From Acidimicrobiia bacterium (GTDB lineage Bacteria > Actinomycetota > Acidimicrobiia > Spongiisociales > UBA5794), in assembly GCA_029287195.1 (NCBI GenBank), contig JARFRN010000249.1, positions 20,352 through 84,351 on the forward strand: a stretch of 64,000 bases of DNA, in the 5' to 3' direction. The first letter of the stretch is position 1, and each line of letters opens with the position of its first letter. Both the position numbers and the translations under genes were made by a program. This document shows, one piece after another, positions 25,143-34,055 of this stretch. Under the pieces are notes generated by a model. It did not search any database, was not told where the DNA came from, and saw nothing but the letters and a program-made list of their open reading frames with translations.

Positions 25143-25802
25143 GTGATGGATTCCCCGGGAACATCTGCGGACAGTGAACCCACCGAACCCGGTCCAGAGC
25201 GGCGGACTCGAGGCGGAATCTGGAAGAACGGCCTCAACTGGACGCGAATCCTCCACGTGTATACCTCGATGCTGGCCCTTCTCGTGGTGCTGTTCTTTGG
25301 CGCCACCGGAGTCACATTGAATCACCCGGAATGGACGTTCGGGTTCGACCCGACGAGTGCGTCTTACTCCGGGACACTTCCCGCTGGGTGGCTGGCCGAC
25401 GACGGATCGGTGGAATTCCTCACCGTGAGCGAATACCTCCGCGACACCTACGGTGTCGATGGTGAGGTAGCCGACTTCGGCACCGACCTCGGGGACGGCT
25501 ACATCAGCTACCGGGAACCTGGTTACACCGCCGACGCTTTCTTCGACCTCGAGACCGGCGACTATCGGCTCGCTATCGAACAGCAGGGGTGGATTGGAGT
25601 CCTCAACGAGCTCCATAAGGGACGGGACACGGGCTCGTCGTGGAGCTGGCTGATAGATGTGTCCGGGTTGTTCCTCGTGGTAATCGCCACGACCGGTCTC
25701 GGGCTGCAGCTGTTCCTGGCCAAGCGCCGCAGAGCGGCGCTGCTGTGGGCCTTGGCGGGCTCGCTGGCGACCATCGCTCTCATCGCCATCGCCGTCGCAT
25801 AG
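25143..25802 (+). CDS. PepSY-associated TM helix (PepSY_TM) domain protein
   Basis: LHVYTSMLALLVVLFFGATGVTLNHPEW, plus the C-terminal helix GLFLVVIATTGLGLQLF, is typical of PepSY_TM (PiuB/FoxB-like) proteins. Confidence 0.7.
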   Translation: MMDSPGTSADSEPTEPGPERRTRGGIWKNGLNWTRILHVYTSMLALLVVLFFGATGVTLNHPEWTFGFDPTSASYSGTLPAGWLADDGSVEFLTVSEYLRDTYGVDGEVADFGTDLGDGYISYREPGYTADAFFDLETGDYRLAIEQQGWIGVLNELHKGRDTGSSWSWLIDVSGLFLVVIATTGLGLQLFLAKRRRAALLWALAGSLATIALIAIAVA

Positions 25803-25965
25803 CGATTCACCCTCCGGGAGACCGATTCCCATGTGGTTCTCACTATGTCCACGGTGGTCTCTCGATCAGGCAGGGGACACTGCTGCTGGAGAAAGGAAGA
25901 AACGATGTCCCCCACAATTGTGGCCGGGACGGAGAGTCCAATCCCTACACCCTCTGGAGACCCCG

Positions 25966-26301
25966 ATGGGGTCCGGCCGGCATGCCGAGGCAGCGGATTC
26001 TGCCCTGACATTCACCCTCGGCTTGTCTGTCGTCGGCATCGAAGGCGCACCCTCGGATACGACTGCGATCGTCTCCGCCCTGGGTCGTGTCTTGGAGGAT
26101 ACATCGGTGTCGCTCACCGGCGTCATTCAGGCTGATGCTGCCATCACTGAAGGTTCGAGCGGTGGCGCTCTCCTCGATGTCCAAGGCTCGCTGATCGGGG
26201 CCACCACCGCGGTGGGGGTCGGCAGTGTTGGTGTGGAGGGGATTGGCTTCGCCATCCCGGTGGAGACCGTCATAGCCGTCGTTGCCCAACTCACCTCTTG
26301 A
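25966..26301 (+). pseudogene. Remnant of an HtrA/S1C trypsin-like serine protease (C-terminal part of the protease domain only)
   Basis: AIVSALGRVLED...VIQADAAITEGSSGGALLDVQGSLIGATTA...GIGFAIPVETV matches the Ser-containing end of the S1C protease domain. The His/Asp parts of the triad and any PDZ domain are absent. Confidence 0.4.
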
Positions 26302-26357
26302 GCGACAACCCAGCGAATTCTCAGGGAACTCCCAGAAACCAATCGTAAGCTCACGGC

Positions 26358-27056
26358 ATGGCTGCGCCCGATCACAACGCAACGATCCTCGTCGTCGACG
26401 ACGAGGAGTCGCTCACTAACCTCGTCTCGAGCGCGCTCCGTTTTGCCGGCTACACCGTCCGTTGCGAGGACAATGGATTCGATGCGCTGCGATCCGTCAA
26501 GGAACAGAACCCCGACCTCATCGTTCTCGACGTGAATATGCCGGAGATGGATGGCTTCGACGTATGCCGGAGGTTGCGGCGCGACGGCAACACGGTCCCC
26601 GTCATATTCCTCACCGCCCGCGACGACATCGATGACAAGCGGGTCGGTTTCCGTCAGGGCGGCGACGACTACCTGACGAAGCCGTTCAGCCTCGAAGAGC
26701 TCGGCTTGCGAATCGAAGCCCTGCTCCGTCGTACCGGAAACGCGGCCGAGCGTTCCCGACTGACGGTGGGCGACATCGTTCTCGACGAGGATGCCTACCA
26801 GGTGTGGAAGGACGACACAGAGATCTCGCTGACACCCACCGAATTTCGGCTTCTCCGGTTTCTCCTCCTCAATCGGGGTCGGGTCATGTCGAAGAGCCAG
26901 ATCGTCGATTACGTGTGGGAATACGACTTCGACGGCAACTACGGGATCGTCGAGACCTACGTTTCCTATCTGCGCAAGAAGCTCGGCGACCCCGAAGGGT
27001 CGATCATCCAGACGGTCCGTGGCGTTGGATATGTCATTCGCGAGACGGTGGCATGA
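26358..27056 (+). CDS. OmpR/PhoB-family response regulator
   Basis: Receiver domain (LVVDDEESL...DLIVLDVNMPEMDGF...KPF) plus a winged-helix domain (LTPTEFRLLRFLL...VRGVGYVI). Confidence 0.9.
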   Translation: MAAPDHNATILVVDDEESLTNLVSSALRFAGYTVRCEDNGFDALRSVKEQNPDLIVLDVNMPEMDGFDVCRRLRRDGNTVPVIFLTARDDIDDKRVGFRQGGDDYLTKPFSLEELGLRIEALLRRTGNAAERSRLTVGDIVLDEDAYQVWKDDTEISLTPTEFRLLRFLLLNRGRVMSKSQIVDYVWEYDFDGNYGIVETYVSYLRKKLGDPEGSIIQTVRGVGYVIRETVA

Positions 27057-28474
27057 CCCTGCAGACCAAGCTGGTCATCTCCTTCACCATTCTCCTGTTG
27101 GCGATTATCGCCGCCGTCGGTATTGCTGCCTCCAGATCGATCGAGAACATTCTGGTGGCCCAGACCGACAGGGCGCTGACCAGCTTTGTCACTCGCGGGC
27201 CGGACCCGCGGCCCGACCGCGGTGTACCCGAGTCTCTGCCCAATCAACCCGAGCTCCCGCCCGAAGAGGTAGCCGATGTGACCGACGGACTCTTTCTCCG
27301 CCCATTCGCCGAACTCGTTATCGCCCCCGATGGCACGGTGCTCCGCAGCGAGCCATCCGGCTTTGCCGACGACCCCGATCCTCTGCCCGACACCTCTGAT
27401 CTTCCTGCGACCTCCGGCCTTGTGTTCCTCGACAGTGTGGACGGCACGCTCCGCTATCGGGCCAGCATCAGCACCTTCGATGATGGAGTCGTCGTGGTGC
27501 GCGCCGCGCCACTCAGTGATGTCGCGACGGCCACCAGCTCACTGATCCGGGCGCTGCTCCTCACCGGCGGCGGAGTACTCCTCCTGGGCGGTACTGCCAC
27601 CTGGTGGACCGTTCATCACGCCTTTCGACCCGTCGACGAGATGGTCGAAACAGCCGAAGAGATCGCGGCCGGCGATCTCACCAGCCGGGTGCCTGAAACT
27701 GCAGCGACGATCGAGCTGAATCGGCTCGGCAGCGCCCTCAACGAAATGCTGGCGCACATCGAGAAGGCGGTCGACAACGAGCGCGCCGGGCGGGAGCAGC
27801 TCCGCCGGTTTGTGGCGGATGCTTCCCATGAGCTGCGCACCCCGGTTGCTGCCATTTCCGGCTACGCCGAGCTGCGCCGCTCCGGCGGGCTCACCACTTC
27901 CGCTGCCAGAGATGACGCATGGTCGCGCATCGAACGGGAGAGCAACCGGATGGGCAAGCTCATCGAGGAACTCCTCACACTCGCCCGCCTCGGCCAAGCC
28001 CAGCCTCTCAACAAGCAGCCGGTCGACCTGGTCCAAGTGGCTCGCGATGCGGCCGCCGACCACGCGACTATTGATCCAAGCCGCCCGGTCGAACTCACCG
28101 GCGCCGATCACGCCGTGCTCTTGGGCGATCGAGAACGGCTGCACCAGGTCGTTTCCGGCCTCCTCTCCAACGTCAGAGCCCACACGCCTGAAGGCACCAC
28201 CGCCCGGATCGCAGTGGCATCAGACGACGAGTCCGTCGAACTCACAGTCACCGACGACGGCCCCGGCATACCCGAACCGGCTCTCCAACACATCTTCGAC
28301 CGGTTCTACCGGGCCGACCCTTCCCGCTCCCGCCACACCGGCGGCAGCGGTCTCGGGCTCGCCATCGTCGACGCCATCGTTTCCGCCCATAGCGGCACCG
28401 TCGCGGCATCCAACGCCCACAACAAGGGAGCCAGGATCATCGTCACCCTTCCGCGCCGCACGACAGATGTCTGA
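27053..28474 (+). CDS. Sensor histidine kinase, partner of the response regulator at 26358
   Basis: TM1, a periplasmic region, TM2, a HAMP domain, the H-box SHELRTPVAAI, N/G1 boxes, and G2 GGSGLGLAIVDAIV. The ATG at 27053 overlaps the response-regulator stop in an ATGA arrangement. Confidence 0.85.
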   Translation: MTLQTKLVISFTILLLAIIAAVGIAASRSIENILVAQTDRALTSFVTRGPDPRPDRGVPESLPNQPELPPEEVADVTDGLFLRPFAELVIAPDGTVLRSEPSGFADDPDPLPDTSDLPATSGLVFLDSVDGTLRYRASISTFDDGVVVVRAAPLSDVATATSSLIRALLLTGGGVLLLGGTATWWTVHHAFRPVDEMVETAEEIAAGDLTSRVPETAATIELNRLGSALNEMLAHIEKAVDNERAGREQLRRFVADASHELRTPVAAISGYAELRRSGGLTTSAARDDAWSRIERESNRMGKLIEELLTLARLGQAQPLNKQPVDLVQVARDAAADHATIDPSRPVELTGADHAVLLGDRERLHQVVSGLLSNVRAHTPEGTTARIAVASDDESVELTVTDDGPGIPEPALQHIFDRFYRADPSRSRHTGGSGLGLAIVDAIVSAHSGTVAASNAHNKGARIIVTLPRRTTDV

Positions 28475-28570
28475 GCGGTCGGTGTTCGCTCCACGAGAAT
28501 TGCCTCGCGTTTCCCATCAGCGGCCGGATTGAGTTGCAGCAGAGTACGGTGTCGGGAAGAGAGGAGCGGC

Positions 28571-30781
28571 ATGAAGCGGACTGCCTATCGAACTTGTCCA
28601 CTGTGTGAGGCAACCTGCGGACTCGAGATCACCATCGAGGACGAGCAGGTCAAGCTGATTCGAGGCGACCAAGCGGACCCGTTCTCAGGCGGGTTTCTGT
28701 GTCCCAAGGGCTCGACGCTGGGTCGGCTTCGGGACGATCCTGATCGGCTGCGAGCCCCGCTCATCAAGCGTGACGGGGGCCATGTGGAGGTGGCCTGGGA
28801 GGAGGCGTGGGAGGCAGTCGCCGCTGGGCTCGATCCCTACCTTGCCGCCGACCGCAACGCTGTGGCCGTGTACGTCGGCAATCCCAATGCCCATTCGTTC
28901 CAGAACTCGCTGGCGCTGCGGCCCTTCATCAAGGCGGTCGGAACTCGCAATTTCTTCTCTGCCTCCACCGTTGATCAGATGCCGCGCCAGGTCGCATGTG
29001 CGTACATGTTCGGCGGCGGGTTGATCACACCGGTGCCGGACATCGACCGCACCGACTATCTCCTGATCTTGGGGGCGAATCCGTACGAGTCGAACGGTTC
29101 ACTCGCCACCGCCCCGGACTGGCCGGGTCGTCTCGAGGCAATTCGGGCCCGCCGGGGTACGGTGGTTGTGGTCGACCCCCGTCGGACGAAGACTGCGGAG
29201 ACCGCCGACCGCCATCTCGCCATCAAACCGGGAACGGACGCAGCACTCCTTCTATCGATCGTCTCGGTGCTTGTGTCCGAGGACCTTGTCGACCTCGGGC
29301 GCCTCGACGATCACGTCGTGGGGGCCGAGCAGGTGGCGGCTGCTGCCGCCAGATTCACACCGGAGACGGTGGCCGGGCGAACCGGGATCGCGGCCATCGA
29401 GATCCGCCGTCTGGCTCGGGAGATCGCCGCAGCCCCTTCGGCGGCCGTGTACGGCCGGATCGGCAACCACACGGTGGAGTTCGGCACCGTGGCCGCCTGG
29501 GCTGCCGACGTCATCAACGTCCTCACCGGCAATCTCGATCGGCCCGGGGGTGTGATGTTCACCCGACCGATCCATCAGCCTACGACCCGGGCTCCGAGAA
29601 GGTTCCAGCCGGGACGTTGGAGATCGCGTGTGCGTGACCTCCCCGAGTTCTTCGGGGAGCTCCCGGTGGCGACGATGGCCGACGAGATGCTGGTCGAAGG
29701 AGAGGGCCGGGTTCGGGCGTTCATCACGGTCGGGGGCAACCCGGTGCTCACGACGCCGCATGCCGGTCGGTTGGACGAGGCGCTTGCCGGTCTCGATTTC
29801 ATGGTGTCGGTCGATCCCTATCTCAATGAGACCACCCGCCACGCAGATGTGATACTTCCGGTGCCGCCGGCGCTCGAAACCTCCCATTTTGACCTGGCGT
29901 TCACGATCCTGGCGATTCGAAACGTTGCGAAATACTCACCCGCCGTCTTCGAGCCCTCCGGCCCGTCCGAGTTCGACATCCTCGTCAAGCTCACCGGAAT
30001 CGTCATGGGCATGGGACCGGAGGCCGATCCGGCGGCGCTATTCCAGATGTCGCTCGCTTCTCAGGTGCAGCGGGCCGTATCCGATCCGGGATCGCCGGTC
30101 CATGGCCGCGACCCTGCAGATATCCTCGAGGCTCTGGCGGACTGGGAGGGCCCGGAACAGGCGCTGGATCTGATGATCAGGATGGGGGCCTGGGGGGATG
30201 GATTTGGCGCGGATCCCGATGGCTGGACCCTGGCCGAGGTTGCCGCCCACCCGCACGGTGTGGATCTGGGAGCGCTCGAGCCGCGGGTGCCCGAAGTTCT
30301 GGCAACGGAGTCGGGCAAGATCGAACTCGCGCCCGAGCCGGTGATCGCCGATCTCGATCGACTCTGGGGCTGGCTCGAAGCCCCGGAGCCGGAGATGGTC
30401 CTGGTAGGTCGGCGCGAGCTCCGCTCCAACAACTCGTGGTTGCACAACGTGAGCGTCCTAGTCAAGGGCAAACACCGTTGCACGCTCGAGCTCAACCCGC
30501 AGGACGCCGCTGGTCTCGGGCTCGACGATGGAAACCTGGCCACCGTGACCTCCAAGGTCGGCTCCGTCGAACTGCCGGTCTCACTGTCCGAACGTATCCG
30601 GCCGGGAGTGGTATCGATTCCCTACGGATGGGGCCATGCGATGCCCGGCACGCAGCTCTCGGTTGCGTCCCAACGACCGGGTGTCAACACCAACCTGCTC
30701 ACCGACTCGGGTCCCATTGATCCGTTGTCGGGGAACGCAGTACTCAACGGCATCCCTGTAGAGGTGGCTGCATCATCCTGA
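28571..30781 (+). CDS. Molybdopterin-dependent oxidoreductase (MopB superfamily, cytoplasmic formate-dehydrogenase/FdhF-like)
   Basis: N-terminal 4Fe-4S motif CPLCEATCGLEI...FLCPKG. Internal molybdopterin-binding motifs include LILGANPYESNG, VVVDPRRT and the C-terminal MopB_CT domain. Confidence 0.8.
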   Translation: MKRTAYRTCPLCEATCGLEITIEDEQVKLIRGDQADPFSGGFLCPKGSTLGRLRDDPDRLRAPLIKRDGGHVEVAWEEAWEAVAAGLDPYLAADRNAVAVYVGNPNAHSFQNSLALRPFIKAVGTRNFFSASTVDQMPRQVACAYMFGGGLITPVPDIDRTDYLLILGANPYESNGSLATAPDWPGRLEAIRARRGTVVVVDPRRTKTAETADRHLAIKPGTDAALLLSIVSVLVSEDLVDLGRLDDHVVGAEQVAAAAARFTPETVAGRTGIAAIEIRRLAREIAAAPSAAVYGRIGNHTVEFGTVAAWAADVINVLTGNLDRPGGVMFTRPIHQPTTRAPRRFQPGRWRSRVRDLPEFFGELPVATMADEMLVEGEGRVRAFITVGGNPVLTTPHAGRLDEALAGLDFMVSVDPYLNETTRHADVILPVPPALETSHFDLAFTILAIRNVAKYSPAVFEPSGPSEFDILVKLTGIVMGMGPEADPAALFQMSLASQVQRAVSDPGSPVHGRDPADILEALADWEGPEQALDLMIRMGAWGDGFGADPDGWTLAEVAAHPHGVDLGALEPRVPEVLATESGKIELAPEPVIADLDRLWGWLEAPEPEMVLVGRRELRSNNSWLHNVSVLVKGKHRCTLELNPQDAAGLGLDDGNLATVTSKVGSVELPVSLSERIRPGVVSIPYGWGHAMPGTQLSVASQRPGVNTNLLTDSGPIDPLSGNAVLNGIPVEVAASS

Positions 30782-31133
30782 TCCTGCGATGATCATCCCG
30801 CATAGCGGGGTTCGGTTGTGCAACGAGCGAAGCCGACGTCGAGGGGACGAGTGATCCGTCGACCTCTCCATAATTCCCGGCGATGCGAGCCGATTGCCGA
30901 CGGGCACCGCCACTTTCTTCTTCTCGGGCATCCAAGGCTCGACCCGTTTGGCGCAGCGGATGGGTGCCGACCCGCGCGGTCTTCGGCATGCGGTGAACGA
31001 TGTCTATGTCGCTTCCGGAAGTACGCCATTCCCTGTTGAATGTCGTTGGTTCTGGTGAGACGATGTTGCGCCAGAGGGGCATCGAGCGGCGTCATGGTTG
31101 GGTGGGTATGGGAGCTTCGCTGGAGGTACTTCC

Positions 31134-31636
31134 ATGCGTCGCCTACTTGTCCTTGTGTTTGCTCCGGTGCTCACTGTTGGGGTGCCCGCGACTGCCGTGT
31201 CCGCTGAAGAACCGATCGAGCCGACGACCGCTGCGGTGGGAGGTGCGATCGAGGGAACGGTGACGGACGAGGTTACGGCTTGCCTGTACCGGGCGCCGGT
31301 GTGATGGCGTACTGGTACTGCCTGGTTCAGCGTGCCCTCATCCCGGTGGATCTCTTCCTGAAGTGGACCGACGACGATGGCGGGTACCGACTCGGCGGCC
31401 TTGACGACAACACCTATTACTCGGCCTTCCACGGCGATTACGCGGGCTACGAGTCCGAGTGGTACGACGACTATTGCGGCGCCGCCAAGACCAACGAACA
31501 CGAGGAACGAGATGGTCCCAGCAAGCGTGAACTACCCAACGACCGCCCCGGCTTCTGTCGTGAACCCGTGTGCCGAACGATCGATCTGGGCCGACAGCCG
31601 CATCGCGAGACGACCTCCTACCCCTGCCGTCACTAA
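31134..31636 (+). pseudogene. Secreted protein with a carboxypeptidase-regulatory-like N-terminal fold, interrupted by a -1/+2 frameshift near 31285-31300
   Basis: ORF1 (ATG 31134, RBS GGAGG) gives a signal peptide MRRLLVLVFAPVLTVGVPATAVSA, then ...GGAIEGTVTDEVTA and a stop at 31304. The overlapping frame continues LPVPGAGVMAYWY..., with coding-like GC3, to 31636. Confidence 0.35.
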
Positions 31637-31710
31637 ATCAGCCGCGGCGCCGGACAAGGCCGTAGCCGCCACTCGGGGAGGCATCTGAGTCCGCTCCTGC
31701 GTCGTCGACC

Positions 31711-32451
31711 TCATCCCCCCATCCCCAGACCAAGAACGATCCCGAGCACTGCGATCACCATCTGCAATAGGACGTACGCCGCAACGATCCATACTCCAAC
31801 CGTCACGCCCCGGTCGATTCTGGCAGCCACGCCGTCGTTGCTCGTCGCACCTTCTGCAATCCGAGCTCTGCGTAGGTTCGCGCTGTGGACGAGGCCGGCC
31901 ACGGGCAGCGCGAGAAGGAGTACGACATGGAGAATGCCCATGAGCAGGAACAGGCCGTCGAGCCGTTCGGTCTCGAAGAGGAGCGTGTCGGTGAACTGTC
32001 GATCAAGGGGCGGAAGGCCCCGAGGCGGCTCGAACATGAGCGTCATGAGGATGTAGGCGCCAAAGATGAGGTAGTAGGCGATGTCGAGAAGCCTGAGCAC
32101 CTTTGTGCCCGTATCAGGCGTGCCGGCGAATGCTTGCTTCTCGTACATTTGGCCAAACCGGCGGATGGCCGGGCCCATGACGGCGACGATCGCTGTCATC
32201 GCCGCCGTTACGAGCAGCTCGAGGCTTGCAAACGACATGTCGACCCGCCCGTCGTCTACGTTTACCGTGGCTACCAGGTACACGATGACCGCGGCAGCGG
32301 CGGCTCCGAGCCAGAGGATCGCACTTCGGATGCGGCGCCTGTGTGCTCTATCTTCCTCGATTGAACGCCTGACCTTGGCGAATAGATCAGCGCTCGGGAC
32401 GTAGTCGTCAGCCGTGTGCAAAGTGTCGGTGAGTTGCTGTTCCAGGCTCAT
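31711..32451 (-). CDS. Anti-sigma-factor-like membrane protein, paralogous in its core to the gene at 33035-33433
   Basis: Cytoplasmic N-terminus, a TM helix, then the shared core KVLRLLDIAYYLIFGAYILMTLMFE...LLMGILHVVLLLALPVAGLV. Its ATG overlaps the sigma-factor stop in an ATGA arrangement. Confidence 0.5.
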   Translation of the reverse strand: MSLEQQLTDTLHTADDYVPSADLFAKVRRSIEEDRAHRRRIRSAILWLGAAAAAVIVYLVATVNVDDGRVDMSFASLELLVTAAMTAIVAVMGPAIRRFGQMYEKQAFAGTPDTGTKVLRLLDIAYYLIFGAYILMTLMFEPPRGLPPLDRQFTDTLLFETERLDGLFLLMGILHVVLLLALPVAGLVHSANLRRARIAEGATSNDGVAARIDRGVTVGVWIVAAYVLLQMVIAVLGIVLGLGMGG

Positions 32452-32981
32452 GTGGTCACTCCCAGTCGGCTCCGAAGCGCCTCCATACCGCGGCGACAGT
32501 GTGTCTTCACCGAGTTTCTGGATATGTCGAGTGTCTCAGCGATCTCGGACTCCGATAACTCGAGGTAGAACCGGAGCAGCAGGCAGTCACGCTGCCGCGG
32601 GGAGAGGGCGCGTACCTCTCCGAGCAATCGCCTGCGCTCGTCATCCATGACGAGTACATCTTCTGGCGCGTCGGGTTCGGCTCCCGCCGGGATCGCCTCC
32701 TGATGGCGGAGCGACATGAGCCCGCGCCGGTTGTGATCACGTGCGAGGTTGATGACGATAGAACGCAGATACGGTGCGGCTTTCGATGGATCTTTGATCC
32801 GGTGAGCAGCCCGGTGGAGTCTGATGAAGGCCTCTTGCACGAGGTCCTCGGCCGCATTCCGGTCGTCGGTGAAGAGGCGCGCCAACCTCACGAGTCGGGC
32901 GCCTTCCAGCCGGAACAGCTCGGTGACGAGCGCGTCGCGATCGGTGGCAACGAACGCGGCGGCAACCTGATCGGTCACCAT
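32448..32981 (-). CDS. ECF (sigma-70 family, group 4) RNA polymerase sigma factor
   Basis: Region 2 (EDLVQEAFIRLHRAAHRIKDPSKAAPYLRSIVINLARD) and region 4 (LSPRQRDCLLLRFYLELSESEIAETLDISRNSVKTHCRRG). The start MVTDQV was preferred; MIAIP at 33035 is also possible. Confidence 0.8.
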   Translation of the reverse strand: MVTDQVAAAFVATDRDALVTELFRLEGARLVRLARLFTDDRNAAEDLVQEAFIRLHRAAHRIKDPSKAAPYLRSIVINLARDHNRRGLMSLRHQEAIPAGAEPDAPEDVLVMDDERRRLLGEVRALSPRQRDCLLLRFYLELSESEIAETLDISRNSVKTHCRRGMEALRSRLGVTT

Positions 32982-33034
32982 GAGCAACCATTCCTTGAGC
33001 TGCCGCCGTCGGGGGCGGACGGGGATAGCGATCA

Positions 33035-33433
33035 TTAGGCAGCCTTCGGACCTTTGGCGTCCTCGTCGAGACGTTTCCCCAATCCGAGCAAGCGCCCGAT
33101 GATGGGAAGGCTGAGGACATTGGCGCCGTGCAAGATGCCCATGATGAGCAACATGCCGCCAATCCGCAGTGCTTCGTGGCGAAGTTGTGCGGCGCCGACG
33201 GTCTGTGCCCACGCGTCTTGCTGCTCAAACACCGTTGTGAACAGGATGTAAGCCGAGAAGATCAGGTAGTAGGCGATGTCCATTAGAACGATGTAGCTCT
33301 TGCCGGTCCTCGGGTTGGCCCGAAACACGTCCGCGGCGTAGCTCCGACCGAATCGCTTGATGAGTGGACCAAGTGCGACAAGTGTCAACACCAAGCCGCC
33401 GAACGTGATGAGTTCCAGCACCCACCAGTTCAT
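33035..33433 (-). CDS. Small membrane protein, paralog of the core of the gene at 31711-32451
   Basis: MNWWVLELITFGGLVLTLVALGPLIKRFGRSY...IVLMDIAYYLIFSAYILFTTVFE...LLIMGILHGANVLSLPIIG. Confidence 0.5.
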   Translation of the reverse strand: MNWWVLELITFGGLVLTLVALGPLIKRFGRSYAADVFRANPRTGKSYIVLMDIAYYLIFSAYILFTTVFEQQDAWAQTVGAAQLRHEALRIGGMLLIMGILHGANVLSLPIIGRLLGLGKRLDEDAKGPKAA

Positions 33434-33491
33434 AAGCTCTCCTTCCCTCTCAACATCATGCCAGGCTGAGTCACTGGTTGGCTGCCCGATT

Positions 33492-33842
33492 TCACGAGGG
33501 AGCCATCTGCCGCTCGACCTCGCTCCCTGATCGGTACGCCGCCCAGCTCGTGACGAGGGCAAGTATTCCTATCGCAACCGCCGGCGGGAACCAGAAGAAT
33601 GCGATCCCTATCGATCCGGGGAGCACCCCGACCGCCACGAGCCTGCTGCCTTGTACTTGGTTGCGACGCAACAGAATGAGGCCGGACAGGACGAGCGCTG
33701 CGCCCGTTGCCATGACAGTCAGCAGGATCAACTGACCGTAGAGCGGTCCCGTGTCATCGGGGTCTACGAGATTGCCTATGCCCAGCATGAGCATCAGGAC
33801 GCCGATGACTGCTGCGCTGACAAACCACCAACGAGTCTTCAT
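33492..33842 (-). CDS. Small hypothetical membrane protein, first gene of the ECF sigma operon
   Basis: Four predicted TM helices (MKTRWWFVSAAVIGVLMLMLGIG...). Confidence 0.4.
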   Translation of the reverse strand: MKTRWWFVSAAVIGVLMLMLGIGNLVDPDDTGPLYGQLILLTVMATGAALVLSGLILLRRNQVQGSRLVAVGVLPGSIGIAFFWFPPAVAIGILALVTSWAAYRSGSEVERQMAPS

Positions 33843-34005
33843 GTGAAGCTCCTCCTCTAGGGCCGCGGATCGGCCCACTCACACAATCAGACGATCGAGG
33901 ACGGCCGTTGGGTGACAGATGATTTTGTTCTCGAGTACCAGCAAGTTGCGTCAGGACGGCGGAGCTTCAGCAAGGACGAAGAACGGACCGCCCCGGCGGG
34001 TGGCC

Positions 34006-34055
34006 CGCGTGGTCGGGGACCGCGGGGATCCGTCGCTCTCTGGTTTCTGAGACCC
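34006..34055 (-). repeat. Degenerate direct repeat of the tRNA-Phe 3' half (att-like footprint)
   Basis: GCGTGGTCGGGGACCGCGGGGATCCGTCGCTCTCTGGTTTCTGAGACC aligns at about 80% identity with the plus-strand sequence of the tRNA-Phe 3' half (35838-35890), in the same orientation. Confidence 0.55.

Noticed and set aside
24996-25832. 278-aa ORF antisense to the PepSY_TM gene, and other long antisense ORFs (55684-56598, 59460-60311, 60380-61663, 39279-40019, 40030-40770)
   Set aside because: All lie opposite well-supported genes, lack motifs and have antisense-type composition. They were judged to be high-GC artefacts.
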